Virus genome (UHGV): UHGV-0168750
DNA: 14,223 nucleotides
Direction: 5' to 3' (one strand)
Source of the DNA: a virus
Position numbers and translations under genes: made by a program. Below are positions 1 through 7,938 of the stretch, piece by piece. The notes beneath the pieces are model-generated. The model searched no databases. It was not told where the DNA came from and saw only the letters and a program-made list of their open reading frames with translations. Within the stretch, counting starts at the first letter, position 1. Each line of letters starts with the position of its first letter.

Positions 1-48
1 TCTACACGTAAGGAGTCGTCGGCAGCGTCAGATGTGTATAAGAGACAG
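1..48. other. Library artefact: Illumina Nextera-type adapter (P5 tail TCTACAC, 8-nt index GTAAGGAG, read-1/Tn5 mosaic-end adapter)
   Basis: Positions 16-48 read TCGTCGGCAGCGTCAGATGTGTATAAGAGACAG, the Nextera read-1 transposase adapter; 1-7 TCTACAC is the 3' end of the P5 primer and 8-15 GTAAGGAG sits where the i5 index belongs (from memory this is index 505). Exact string match read directly. Confidence 0.9.
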
Positions 49-49
49 G

Positions 50-280
50 CTTATTATTTATACAGCTGAGGAAACACACTGGCTCGGGTTGCTAGACGGT
101 AAATTTGAATCTCGTATATTGAATAAAAACACGATTTGGGCAACGGGCTCAGGTCAAGCTTTTGCTCGTGCAGCCTGGGCAACAGGTATAAGCGAAAAGA
201 ACATTATTCCATTAGTAGGATCAATTGATACCGCCACATCGGAAACGTATGACTTATTTTACAGGAAGCACTTACGATGA
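50..280 (+). CDS. Hypothetical protein, 5'-truncated at the adapter/contig boundary (C-terminal ~76 aa only)
   Basis: Open frame running out of the adapter to TGA at 278-280; the first six codons of the ORF-track call (32-49) are adapter sequence. Stop overlaps the next start (ATGA). Contains a GSGxAFARAA motif. Confidence 0.45.
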   Translation, partial: LIIYTAEETHWLGLLDGKFESRILNKNTIWATGSGQAFARAAWATGISEKNIIPLVGSIDTATSETYDLFYRKHLR

Positions 281-798
281 AGATAAACGCAGTTTTAATT
301 GGCGATGAAATTTACGTTAATACAAAAACGCAATATTTGTATTACGAAGGCATTACTGTAATAGACGATTACTACGGTAAATACGGTTGGTGGATTCCGT
401 CCCCTAATTCTTTACGGTTAGAAGAAGCATTAACTGCCGAAGAGAACAATCTGGAAAAGGAATGGAGTTATATCAGTTCCGTCATTGACGTCAGCGGTCG
501 AATTAAAGATGTCTACTGGGCTAAGGAATCAGGCTGGCGTGTTACACTTCACCAATCTGCACCAGTAAGACTGCTGTACGACCACTCGGACACATCGGAG
601 TTAGCGTTTACCATTGAGACGCTCTCGCTACGTAAAGATTTAGATAACGTGGGTAAAGGGAAGTGGTCTATTGAACGCGTGGAGGAGATTCTCAGTCACT
701 TTAAAGCCAACAACAAATTTAAACGTTGGTGTACATTACCTGAGTTAGTAGAAGAGTTGAAAAAGCGGGATTGCAAACCGCTACCTTTTAACCCGTAG
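277..798 (+). CDS. Hypothetical protein (173 aa)
   Basis: ATG at 277 overlaps the upstream stop (ATGA); uninterrupted 173-codon frame; co-directional operon context. No motif recognised. Confidence 0.6.
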   Translation: MKINAVLIGDEIYVNTKTQYLYYEGITVIDDYYGKYGWWIPSPNSLRLEEALTAEENNLEKEWSYISSVIDVSGRIKDVYWAKESGWRVTLHQSAPVRLLYDHSDTSELAFTIETLSLRKDLDNVGKGKWSIERVEEILSHFKANNKFKRWCTLPELVEELKKRDCKPLPFNP

Positions 799-843
799 TC
801 TTTTTTACAACTGCGGCTATTTTAATGATTAGGAGAAAAGAAA

Positions 844-1308
844 ATGAAATGTTTTGAATCTAAAGAAATTGTTGAGTTGTTTAAACAGCGTGAGAAAACC
901 GCTTTCCGTGACCTGTACGATTCTGATTATCGCCCACTGTTTGCGGTATTGTTGAAACTGGATAAAGAACCCGAAATCGCATTAGCAGAGGTACAGCACC
1001 ACCACGTCAGTTTCGTATTAACCGAAAACATGAGCCGGTGGGTAGATGCTATGCTGATCCGTATTGGGCTCTTGGAAACGCCACACCGTTGGGAAGTGGT
1101 TATTCAGAAATCATTATTCCCACGTGAAGACATTTTCAACAAATATCGTCCGAAACAGTATTACAACCACGACGGGTCGCCAAAACGTGCTTTCCTGGCA
1201 CCGCAACACTTCGTAACCTACGTAACATTGCGTTACAAAGACACCGTGGTGCCGTTTGACACCTACCTGGAAATGCGTGAGATAATTTTAGGGAAGAATC
1301 CGTCATGA
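844..1308 (+). CDS. Hypothetical protein (154 aa)
   Basis: AGGAG at 831-835, 8 nt upstream of ATG 844; stop overlaps the next start (ATGA at 1305-1308). Confidence 0.65.
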   Translation: MKCFESKEIVELFKQREKTAFRDLYDSDYRPLFAVLLKLDKEPEIALAEVQHHHVSFVLTENMSRWVDAMLIRIGLLETPHRWEVVIQKSLFPREDIFNKYRPKQYYNHDGSPKRAFLAPQHFVTYVTLRYKDTVVPFDTYLEMREIILGKNPS

Positions 1309-1787
1309 TTCAATTTTCTGTTGACTCAGAAAGACTGGCGTCGTTTAAAGAGCGTGCTCAGTCTGCAACTAAAAACGGTTACATTGAGAAAGGTGTTCGT
1401 GATACTTGTAAACTAATCAACGACCATCCACATCTGGCAACAATGTGGAGTTGTGAAGGTCACGGTATGTATTCCAAGTCGCCAGGAAATCTGCATATCG
1501 TTTTTGCAGTACATGCCCTCGGGAATCAAATTCCGATGCAGGTTATGTCCGAGCTTGCAAAATCCGATCTTCCCAATTTCTGGAATCTTAGTTTGTGTCG
1601 TCTTTATCTACCCGATGAATATACAGATTTGGTATATCTTGAACCTGATTACGGGTTAAATACCGACGACACTTCTTACTGGGCTTGGAAAGTCGGATAC
1701 ATGTGTCTGATTAATCGTCCCGCATTAGTCGAAACACGTCAAGCACTTTATAAAGCATTTCACACTGTATTAGTTGAGAATAAATAA
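1305..1787 (+). CDS. Hypothetical protein (160 aa)
   Basis: ATG overlapping the upstream stop; stop TAA overlaps the next ATG (TAATG at 1785-1789). Confidence 0.6.
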   Translation: MIQFSVDSERLASFKERAQSATKNGYIEKGVRDTCKLINDHPHLATMWSCEGHGMYSKSPGNLHIVFAVHALGNQIPMQVMSELAKSDLPNFWNLSLCRLYLPDEYTDLVYLEPDYGLNTDDTSYWAWKVGYMCLINRPALVETRQALYKAFHTVLVENK

Positions 1788-2479
1788 TGGCTACCAAACA
1801 AAAGAAACCTCGTAACAAAAAGTATAACCCGAAAGCAGCAGCTAACCGTACCGCACACACCATCGCTGAAAACGCATTAAACCGCATTACTTTTGTCGGT
1901 AGCTCGATTCGCCCGATCGGTCCGTACGCGGGCCGTGGTTTCCAGTTTACAACCTCACCGCGTATGCGTATGGCGGCCACTGATATGCTAATCGGCGGTT
2001 TGTTTGACGAGCCGCGTAACTGGAAGCTCTGGGTTGCCCATCTGTACGAAACTGACAATGGCGTTCAAGCAGAAACCATCGTAGCAACTCTTGATGACTA
2101 TACGTTGAGTGATTTCTGTCAGCACGGTGATAAAATCATTAAGTCACTCCGCGAGACAGAAGAAAACTACTTTGGTTATGCTTTTGTTGCAGCACCAAAC
2201 GAACGTTATGATTTCGACCAGGGAGAAGAACGCTTACTGGAAAACTTCATGCATTCTGGACTGTTAGACAAATCCTTACACCTACCTGAAGAAGAACTGA
2301 TGGTTACGCGTAAGGATATGGTAACGTTACTGTTAGCCGATCGTGGTCGTTTTGATATCACTGAATCGCATGTACGTAAAGTACAGAAACTCGTGGATAA
2401 GGTAGACGAAACTGACCTGGACACTAGCGAAGTGGCAACCCGTATCCAATCGGTGGTCAATCAGGAAGAGGATTATTAA
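1787..2479 (+). CDS. Hypothetical protein (230 aa) with a basic Lys/Arg-rich N-terminus and an acidic C-terminus
   Basis: Long uninterrupted frame; N-terminus MATKQKKPRNKKYNPK; TAATG coupling to the upstream gene. Confidence 0.65.
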   Translation: MATKQKKPRNKKYNPKAAANRTAHTIAENALNRITFVGSSIRPIGPYAGRGFQFTTSPRMRMAATDMLIGGLFDEPRNWKLWVAHLYETDNGVQAETIVATLDDYTLSDFCQHGDKIIKSLRETEENYFGYAFVAAPNERYDFDQGEERLLENFMHSGLLDKSLHLPEEELMVTRKDMVTLLLADRGRFDITESHVRKVQKLVDKVDETDLDTSEVATRIQSVVNQEEDY

Positions 2480-2481
2480 AC

Positions 2482-3003
2482 GTGATAGCGAGACTTGCGA
2501 GTTGGTTTAAGCAACGTCGGGCAAAGGCGGTCGAATGGCCGCCTATTACGCACGATGAAAAGGTGGTTGCTTTTCTGAACTATAACAAAGACTTGAAGAG
2601 ATTGGGCGAAATAATGCGCCTAAAGGAAACCCAAGTCTTTGCTAAGATTTCAAGTAGTGCTTTACGTAAACAAGTATTTCCCCACCTATCCTTTTCAGGG
2701 CAAGTTTATGCAATAACCGCAGAGAAATTTTTATCGATGGCGGGCAATGAAACCCCACGCATACGGTTCTCGGCTACAGATTCATCTGATGCGGTCGGTA
2801 CAGTTGATTTCGGACGATTCTATCGATGCATTAAAGACGTGGGCCATATACATGTTAAACGGGTATCAGAAACATCTGTAGTGATTTATCACCGTACTGA
2901 GAATGATTTGTTAGGGCGTGTTATAACGTTAACGAATTTACATAGTTTTTACGTTGATTTACTCACTGAGTTTTATCCAGAACCATGGTGTTTTATACGA
3001 TGA
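2482..3003 (+). CDS. Hypothetical protein (173 aa), GTG start
   Basis: GTG at 2482 lies 2 nt after the upstream TAA, preceded by AGGAAGAGGA; stop TGA overlaps the next ATG (ATGA at 3000-3003). Confidence 0.55.
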   Translation: MIARLASWFKQRRAKAVEWPPITHDEKVVAFLNYNKDLKRLGEIMRLKETQVFAKISSSALRKQVFPHLSFSGQVYAITAEKFLSMAGNETPRIRFSATDSSDAVGTVDFGRFYRCIKDVGHIHVKRVSETSVVIYHRTENDLLGRVITLTNLHSFYVDLLTEFYPEPWCFIR

Positions 3004-3212
3004 ACAGAGCTAATGGATATATCATCTCGGCAATTGTTTCAACCGTGCTGATTGTGACGATGTTGATGTTTTATGTCCGTGTGTCAGATGACTCACGCAA
3101 AGAAAGCCTTTATCGTGAATGTATGTCGGGAACGACTGTGGACAATCCGCGTTACAGCGAATTGGTAATGGCGTGCACAGAACATGCTAAGCTAATGGGA
3201 GATGGCCGATGA
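3000..3212 (+). CDS. Small membrane protein (70 aa) with one N-terminal transmembrane helix
   Basis: ATG at 3000 in an ATGA overlap; hydrophobic stretch YIISAIVSTVLIVTMLMFYV followed by a charged tail. The ORF-track start at 2985 is rejected because it overlaps the upstream gene. Confidence 0.5.
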   Translation: MNRANGYIISAIVSTVLIVTMLMFYVRVSDDSRKESLYRECMSGTTVDNPRYSELVMACTEHAKLMGDGR

Positions 3213-3406
3213 AGATTTGGTTACCGATTGTAGCTTTTGTTCTTATTGCGGGCGCACTAGCAAGTGCCGAGTGTGACAATCGTGTTTTAGAAAAGAAAAG
3301 CGAATTGTATCAGGATTGCATAAAGGACTACACACCCGGTACAGAGCTTCATGCGCAGGCTGTAAAAAGTTGTGCGCTGATGGCTGAATCGCAGACTCGT
3401 TCCTAA
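3209..3406 (+). CDS. Small secreted or periplasmic Cys-containing protein (65 aa) with a signal-peptide-like N-terminus
   Basis: MKIWLPIVAFVLIAGALASA then ECDN; four Cys in the mature part; ATGA overlap with the upstream gene. No canonical lipobox. Confidence 0.5.
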   Translation: MKIWLPIVAFVLIAGALASAECDNRVLEKKSELYQDCIKDYTPGTELHAQAVKSCALMAESQTRS

Positions 3407-3780
3407 TGCGTATCTGGACGTTACAGCTTGCTAAGTGGCGGTTAGCGAAATCGAAGGGATTTTACGCGGTAGATATTACAGTCAAATCAGGGCGAAAGGA
3501 ACTCGCCCCCGACTGGGATTTCTTAATGGCGTATAAAAACTCCACAAAGGACGCAACTGCTGAAGCCGACTATACCGTAAAGTATCTTTACAAGCTTGAA
3601 CGATTACTGGACTCAGATGCCGAAGTGTTGGTATCGTTACTTAGGCACGAAGACCTGGTGCTGATGTGTTATTGTCCCGCAGGTAAGTTTTGCCATCGAC
3701 ACTTACTGGCTAAGAAACTTCAAGACGTCGGAATGATGTTCGGTTTTGACGTTGAGTTATGTGGAGAATTAACGGACTGA
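3406..3780 (+). CDS. Hypothetical protein (124 aa) with a C-x-C-x6-CHR motif; possibly DUF488/YeaO-like
   Basis: TAATG coupling; motif LVLMCYCPAGKFCHRHLLAKKL near the C-terminus. Family assignment is from memory of the DUF488 pattern, not a search. Confidence 0.5.
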   Translation: MRIWTLQLAKWRLAKSKGFYAVDITVKSGRKELAPDWDFLMAYKNSTKDATAEADYTVKYLYKLERLLDSDAEVLVSLLRHEDLVLMCYCPAGKFCHRHLLAKKLQDVGMMFGFDVELCGELTD

Positions 3781-3807
3781 TTCGATTTTTAGATGTAAAA
3801 TGACCTT

Positions 3808-3852
3808 CTACCGCCCGATTCTATGGGCGGTAGGTGTTTTTATTTTTTTTTT
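3808..3852 (+). terminator. Rho-independent terminator closing the upstream small-gene block
   Basis: Perfect 9-bp stem CTACCGCCC (3808-3816) / GGGCGGTAG (3825-3833), 8-nt loop, then a T-rich run (3835-3852) including ten consecutive T. Confidence 0.65.
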
Positions 3853-3868
3853 GATCTGGGAGGTTTTA

Positions 3869-4429
3869 GTGGCCACTTACGTACCTGATTTAAGCCTGAC
3901 CTCAGCCGAATTAGTGGTCGCTTTAATCAACCACGATAACGGTTCACAGTTGTCTTTAAGAGAAATTCGTATTAGCAACACTGTGGTAAACCCGTCTCCG
4001 ACCACTTCGCGTCGTAACACACTGTCAGAGATTACAAAAATCAGGAAACCTGACGGTGCTTCTGTGGTTGTTTATTACGATCGCTTAGATGCGGAAGAAG
4101 TATTAGCTTCTGAACCTATTTTGATTTCGTTAGACGGTACTGAAGATAACATTCGTGACATTTTAGATGTTGTAAATGAATTCTGCGGAACGAACTTACA
4201 GCCTGACGATTTGCGCGCTTCAGATATCACATTAGGTAACGATCCCATTGCTGTTAACGTTGCTGACGATTCTCCTGCGTGGATGAATGCGTTTATGGTG
4301 ACGTTATTCGATACAACCGAACGAGCATTAGCCAACGAAGAAGACGCGATCTTCTGTATTGGCGATGTTGCTGTTCTTACATTTGAGGTTCCAGATGGCG
4401 ACTCAGCTGAAGAAAACCCGACTACATGA
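3869..4429 (+). CDS. P1a: conserved small protein (186 aa), paralogue of 13013-13528; likely tail-fibre-associated
   Basis: GTG at 3869 preceded by GGGAGG (3858-3863). N-terminus VATYVPDLSLTS..LINHD matches MGQFVPDLSLTS..LINHD of the paralogue; shared motifs KIRxP, YYxRLxAE, CG(T/S)NLQP(D/E)DL, VLTF. The ORF-track start at 3800 lies inside the terminator hairpin. Confidence 0.6.
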   Translation: MATYVPDLSLTSAELVVALINHDNGSQLSLREIRISNTVVNPSPTTSRRNTLSEITKIRKPDGASVVVYYDRLDAEEVLASEPILISLDGTEDNIRDILDVVNEFCGTNLQPDDLRASDITLGNDPIAVNVADDSPAWMNAFMVTLFDTTERALANEEDAIFCIGDVAVLTFEVPDGDSAEENPTT

Positions 4430-4856
4430 ACTTGACAGTTTTACCGGTGACCCACAGGGCGGGGTATTACTGTTTAGTAAAGAGAATAAAGAATACAAAA
4501 TTAACGCCGAACAGTTACTACCAACGAACACCGTAACTACGGTAAACGGTGCTGACGGCACGGCAACGATTAATCCAAATAACGTTACTGACGTTATACT
4601 GGTATTAAACGATCCTGCGACAACCTTAACTATCTCCCCGTTAACGGAAGCCAAAGCAAACGTTCGGGTTGAGTTTTATTTAACCGTTAAGCAAGGAACA
4701 GGGGCGAATAAGATTACTTGGCCGGATAATGTAAAATGGCCACATAACGCAACTCCTGTTTTGTCCTTTACAGCTAATGCGGAAGATACATTAGCGTTCT
4801 ATACGCTTGATGGTGGGACTACGTGGAAAGGTTCCCTCATCGCCGCAGGTTACTAA
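4395..4856 (+). CDS. P2a: small protein (153 aa) carrying the shared N-terminal module (putative virion-docking domain)
   Basis: ATG at 4395 preceded by GAGGT; residues 5-40 KKTRLHELDSFTGDPQGGVLLFSKENKEYKINAEQL align with the N-termini of the long fibre and of 13528-14148. Overlaps P1a by 35 nt. Confidence 0.6.
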   Translation: MATQLKKTRLHELDSFTGDPQGGVLLFSKENKEYKINAEQLLPTNTVTTVNGADGTATINPNNVTDVILVLNDPATTLTISPLTEAKANVRVEFYLTVKQGTGANKITWPDNVKWPHNATPVLSFTANAEDTLAFYTLDGGTTWKGSLIAAGY

Positions 4857-4858
4857 CG

Positions 4859-7800
4859 ATGAGAAAAACTTTTCAACGACACGCTATTTCTTACGCACTG
4901 TCGTTAGCCTACGGGCACCAAACATTCGTTACTCGAAATACGGGGACAACGAATGATGCTCACACAGACCACTTTATTCAGAATGAAGAAGGGGTCTTAG
5001 CTAATAACCGTCACTTTATTGCAGATACGATGGCGGAGTACCAGCCCAATGGTGATGCAACGACCGAAGGTCAATCGCTACACATCCTTGGGTACTGTCA
5101 TCTGTATATTGCAACTAAAGACCCAAGATGGTTAGATGCAGCAAAACATGCATGGGATGCTTACACTACCTACTTTTACGGTGGGCAAGCTATTCCGACT
5201 ACACCTCAGCGTTTTATTTGTAACTGGTTAGTAAACGGAAAAGAGCCGGTACTCGCGCACTATCCGATACACCCAACAGAACCTACACACGGTGGTTACA
5301 AATGTGTACCCGTCAGGTTCACTAACGGTCAGTGCAAAATACCACACGGTGCACCGTTCTGGGGTGAATATCTAGACACCTTTACGTTTGCTCATCGTGG
5401 TCATCCAACGTGGGGTGCTATTAATGCGGACGTACAGATTATCAAGGAGGATAAAGAAGGGTTAATCGATTGGGATGCTGTGTTAACGCATCTGATTACG
5501 AATCCCGATAAACCTTACGAAACGAAAGCCTGGGTTGACTGGCCAACGTTACTGAACAACGCTACTGGCTACACACCGCTGTGGGGTGGTTCTTCATCAA
5601 AAGGACCTAAGCACGATGTCGACTGGATAGTTGCCTGGACAGGTAACAAGATTCAGGATAGCGAGATTATTGAGTCGGGCTTAGCAGACGCCGATAAAGG
5701 TACCGTACAGTTAAAAGATACTCAATTAAACGGTGTCTATTTAATTAACTACGCGGTAAAACTTCCTGTCGAGCACGGCGGTTATGCTTTTAAACGTAAT
5801 GAACCGTGGCACAACCGACCCGTACATACACCATTCTTAGGCTCTAAGAACCAGTACGGTAATGCAGCAGATGCAGAACTGTGGTTTATCGACGCTTGTT
5901 ATTTGCTGTGGCGAATTACAGGTGAAGATAAATACAAACACGCGTTAGACTGTGCGTTTTACACCGCACACGAGTATACGTATATTGATGCCGCCGACAA
6001 GTTCTTTAGACGTTCTACGGCCGCAGAAACACCGTTTACCGATGGTATCTCTTACGACTTCGATTATCCCGATACCGTGAGCGTCGAATACGGTCGCGAT
6101 ACGAATGGCGATATCACTATCCACGCACCTAAAGCTGTACAACACTTTATGGAGCAGCAAGCAGTACGTTTTAGAATCAATAAAGATTCTAAGCTCAGAG
6201 TGACGTATGGTGGTGTGTGTAAAAACGGTGACCCGGTATATTGTCGTGCGATGGTTGACATTAATCCGGTAAAGGCTGACACGGAAGAAGTGAACTGGTA
6301 CGGTTTAACGTTACCCCGTTCTACTTCGTTAAGCGTTAAGCAATACGATATTGACTTAGGTCAACTTGCACGGATTACTACCCCAGAAGGGGAAGACTAT
6401 TTAATCGCAGATGCACGAGCCTGCTCGGATTACGGCGGTTGTACGTGGGAAGAACGGTTTGAAGACAATATCTACGATGGTCGTGCGGGTACCATTGTCG
6501 AAGCTTTATTTCCGAATGACGATGCGGGCTTTATTATCGGTTTCTGGTTAACCGAAGCGGAGAAGGTTAAGCCGGTTTCTATCGTTTATCGTGCGGACGC
6601 AGACTTTAACCTACGTTTAGTTGATTCTGATAACTGGCGTTGGTGGTGGATGTTACCGAACACGAACAACGAATGGCGACAAGTAACCTTAAATTTAGAG
6701 GACGCGACGTTATCGGGATACCAACCTGACCACACTGACGCTGATCCTGAGCCTTCAGCACCTAACTTCGATAAGGTTGACCAGGTTACTATCCTGCCCG
6801 ATTCTGCTGTAGACCACGCTCACTTTGCTTACTATTGCGTGAATGATGTCCCGCCGGTCTTTAATAAAGATGATGGGTATATCCTCACGTTCCGTATCGC
6901 TTTACGCGGTGGGAGTGAGTTTGACGCAAAAGTCGGCGATTGTACCATCAAAGACTATCGTTTAGACTCACTGGCGTATTGTCCTGGGACGATTCCGTTC
7001 TCGAATATTTATTCAGAAGGGTCTGAACAGCTCGGTGCATGGCACGGTATGCCCTACCCAGGTTATCAATATCCGTTTATGTACGCAATACACAAAGATG
7101 ACCGGTATAAACTGTGGTTAGAGAACCAAATACAGTTTATGCATGACTCGCAAATTGCGTATCAAAAACAGATTGGTGAGTTAGGGCCAGGTTGTGCAGC
7201 CTATATCTGGAATCGTTGGGATAACTACAGTTACGGAAAACCAGATACCTGGACAACATTCCATTGGGGTGACGATCACCCCTGGGCAGGCTACCAACCG
7301 CGCGCATTTCATGCTGCCTGTCGGTGTTGGTACGAGTTAACGTTACGAGGCAAATCAGTTCCTGAGACGTTAACAACCTATATCGAGAATTGGGTGAATT
7401 GGTTAGGTGGGTTTGTGGATAGGTTTAATGGCCACACGCCAAACGAGTTCCCCACAGCACCGAATAAGCCGGTTTGGGTAGAAGACGACTTTACAGCGCA
7501 TATGTGTGCGCTGTGGTTAGCGGGTTGTTGCTGGGCGTTACTTGCCGGTGCGACGAACCCTAACTACGAAAAAGTAGTTAATGCCGCAATTAAAGAGCTC
7601 GGTGACGGGTTTACGATTACGTCAATTCCAAACAAACCCATTAATGGTGCTTGGTCGCCTGCGCCACGAGAGTCTTCGGATAACGGAATGGCTTTTGGTT
7701 TCTATACCGGTGAAGCATTACGTGCTTTAGGACTTTATATCACTTATAAAACTTACGGAGCCAACACAAACATTTATCATGACTTAGCAATCCCAGAACA

Positions 7801-7864
7801 CGAAAGCGCGGTATTAGACGTCACCATCGCCTTAGAAGATGACGCATTAAAACCGGAATTATAA
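4859..7864 (+). CDS. Large Trp/Tyr-rich protein (1001 aa); putative virion-associated carbohydrate-active enzyme (depolymerase-like)
   Basis: ATG at 4859 is 3 nt after the P2a stop, in frame with the ORF-track GTG at 4823. Helical segments such as ADAELWFIDACYLLWRITGEDKYKHALDCAFYTAHEY and AHMCALWLAGCCWALLAGATNPNYEKVVNAAIKELGDG recall alpha/alpha-barrel glycosidases or lyases. Existence of the gene is secure; the function is inferred. Confidence 0.7.
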   Translation: MRKTFQRHAISYALSLAYGHQTFVTRNTGTTNDAHTDHFIQNEEGVLANNRHFIADTMAEYQPNGDATTEGQSLHILGYCHLYIATKDPRWLDAAKHAWDAYTTYFYGGQAIPTTPQRFICNWLVNGKEPVLAHYPIHPTEPTHGGYKCVPVRFTNGQCKIPHGAPFWGEYLDTFTFAHRGHPTWGAINADVQIIKEDKEGLIDWDAVLTHLITNPDKPYETKAWVDWPTLLNNATGYTPLWGGSSSKGPKHDVDWIVAWTGNKIQDSEIIESGLADADKGTVQLKDTQLNGVYLINYAVKLPVEHGGYAFKRNEPWHNRPVHTPFLGSKNQYGNAADAELWFIDACYLLWRITGEDKYKHALDCAFYTAHEYTYIDAADKFFRRSTAAETPFTDGISYDFDYPDTVSVEYGRDTNGDITIHAPKAVQHFMEQQAVRFRINKDSKLRVTYGGVCKNGDPVYCRAMVDINPVKADTEEVNWYGLTLPRSTSLSVKQYDIDLGQLARITTPEGEDYLIADARACSDYGGCTWEERFEDNIYDGRAGTIVEALFPNDDAGFIIGFWLTEAEKVKPVSIVYRADADFNLRLVDSDNWRWWWMLPNTNNEWRQVTLNLEDATLSGYQPDHTDADPEPSAPNFDKVDQVTILPDSAVDHAHFAYYCVNDVPPVFNKDDGYILTFRIALRGGSEFDAKVGDCTIKDYRLDSLAYCPGTIPFSNIYSEGSEQLGAWHGMPYPGYQYPFMYAIHKDDRYKLWLENQIQFMHDSQIAYQKQIGELGPGCAAYIWNRWDNYSYGKPDTWTTFHWGDDHPWAGYQPRAFHAACRCWYELTLRGKSVPETLTTYIENWVNWLGGFVDRFNGHTPNEFPTAPNKPVWVEDDFTAHMCALWLAGCCWALLAGATNPNYEKVVNAAIKELGDGFTITSIPNKPINGAWSPAPRESSDNGMAFGFYTGEALRALGLYITYKTYGANTNIYHDLAIPEHESAVLDVTIALEDDALKPEL

Positions 7865-7883
7865 CCCGCTTATAAAAAAAAAT

Positions 7884-7905
7884 GGGGGAGCATTCTACCT
7901 CCCCC
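7884..7905 (+). promoter_or_regulatory. GC-rich hairpin in the intergenic region upstream of the long tail-fibre gene
   Basis: GGGGGAG (7884-7890) / CTCCCCC (7899-7905) with an 8-nt loop, preceded by TATAAAAAAAAA (7871-7882); only a short T run follows, so a weak terminator or RNA stability/processing element. Confidence 0.3.
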
Positions 7906-7938
7906 GATCTTTTAGCTCCCGATAGAGAATTAAATATC

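Noticed and set aside
16-48. Tn5 mosaic end as a genomic transposon
   Set aside because: It is contiguous with the sequencing-adapter primer and index sequence and sits at the contig end, so it is a library artefact, not an insertion.
3209-3406. Lipoprotein (o-spanin-like) assignment for the 65-aa secreted protein
   Set aside because: The residue before the first Cys is Glu (ASAEC), which does not fit the lipobox consensus. It is more likely a signal-peptidase I substrate, or the resemblance is coincidental.
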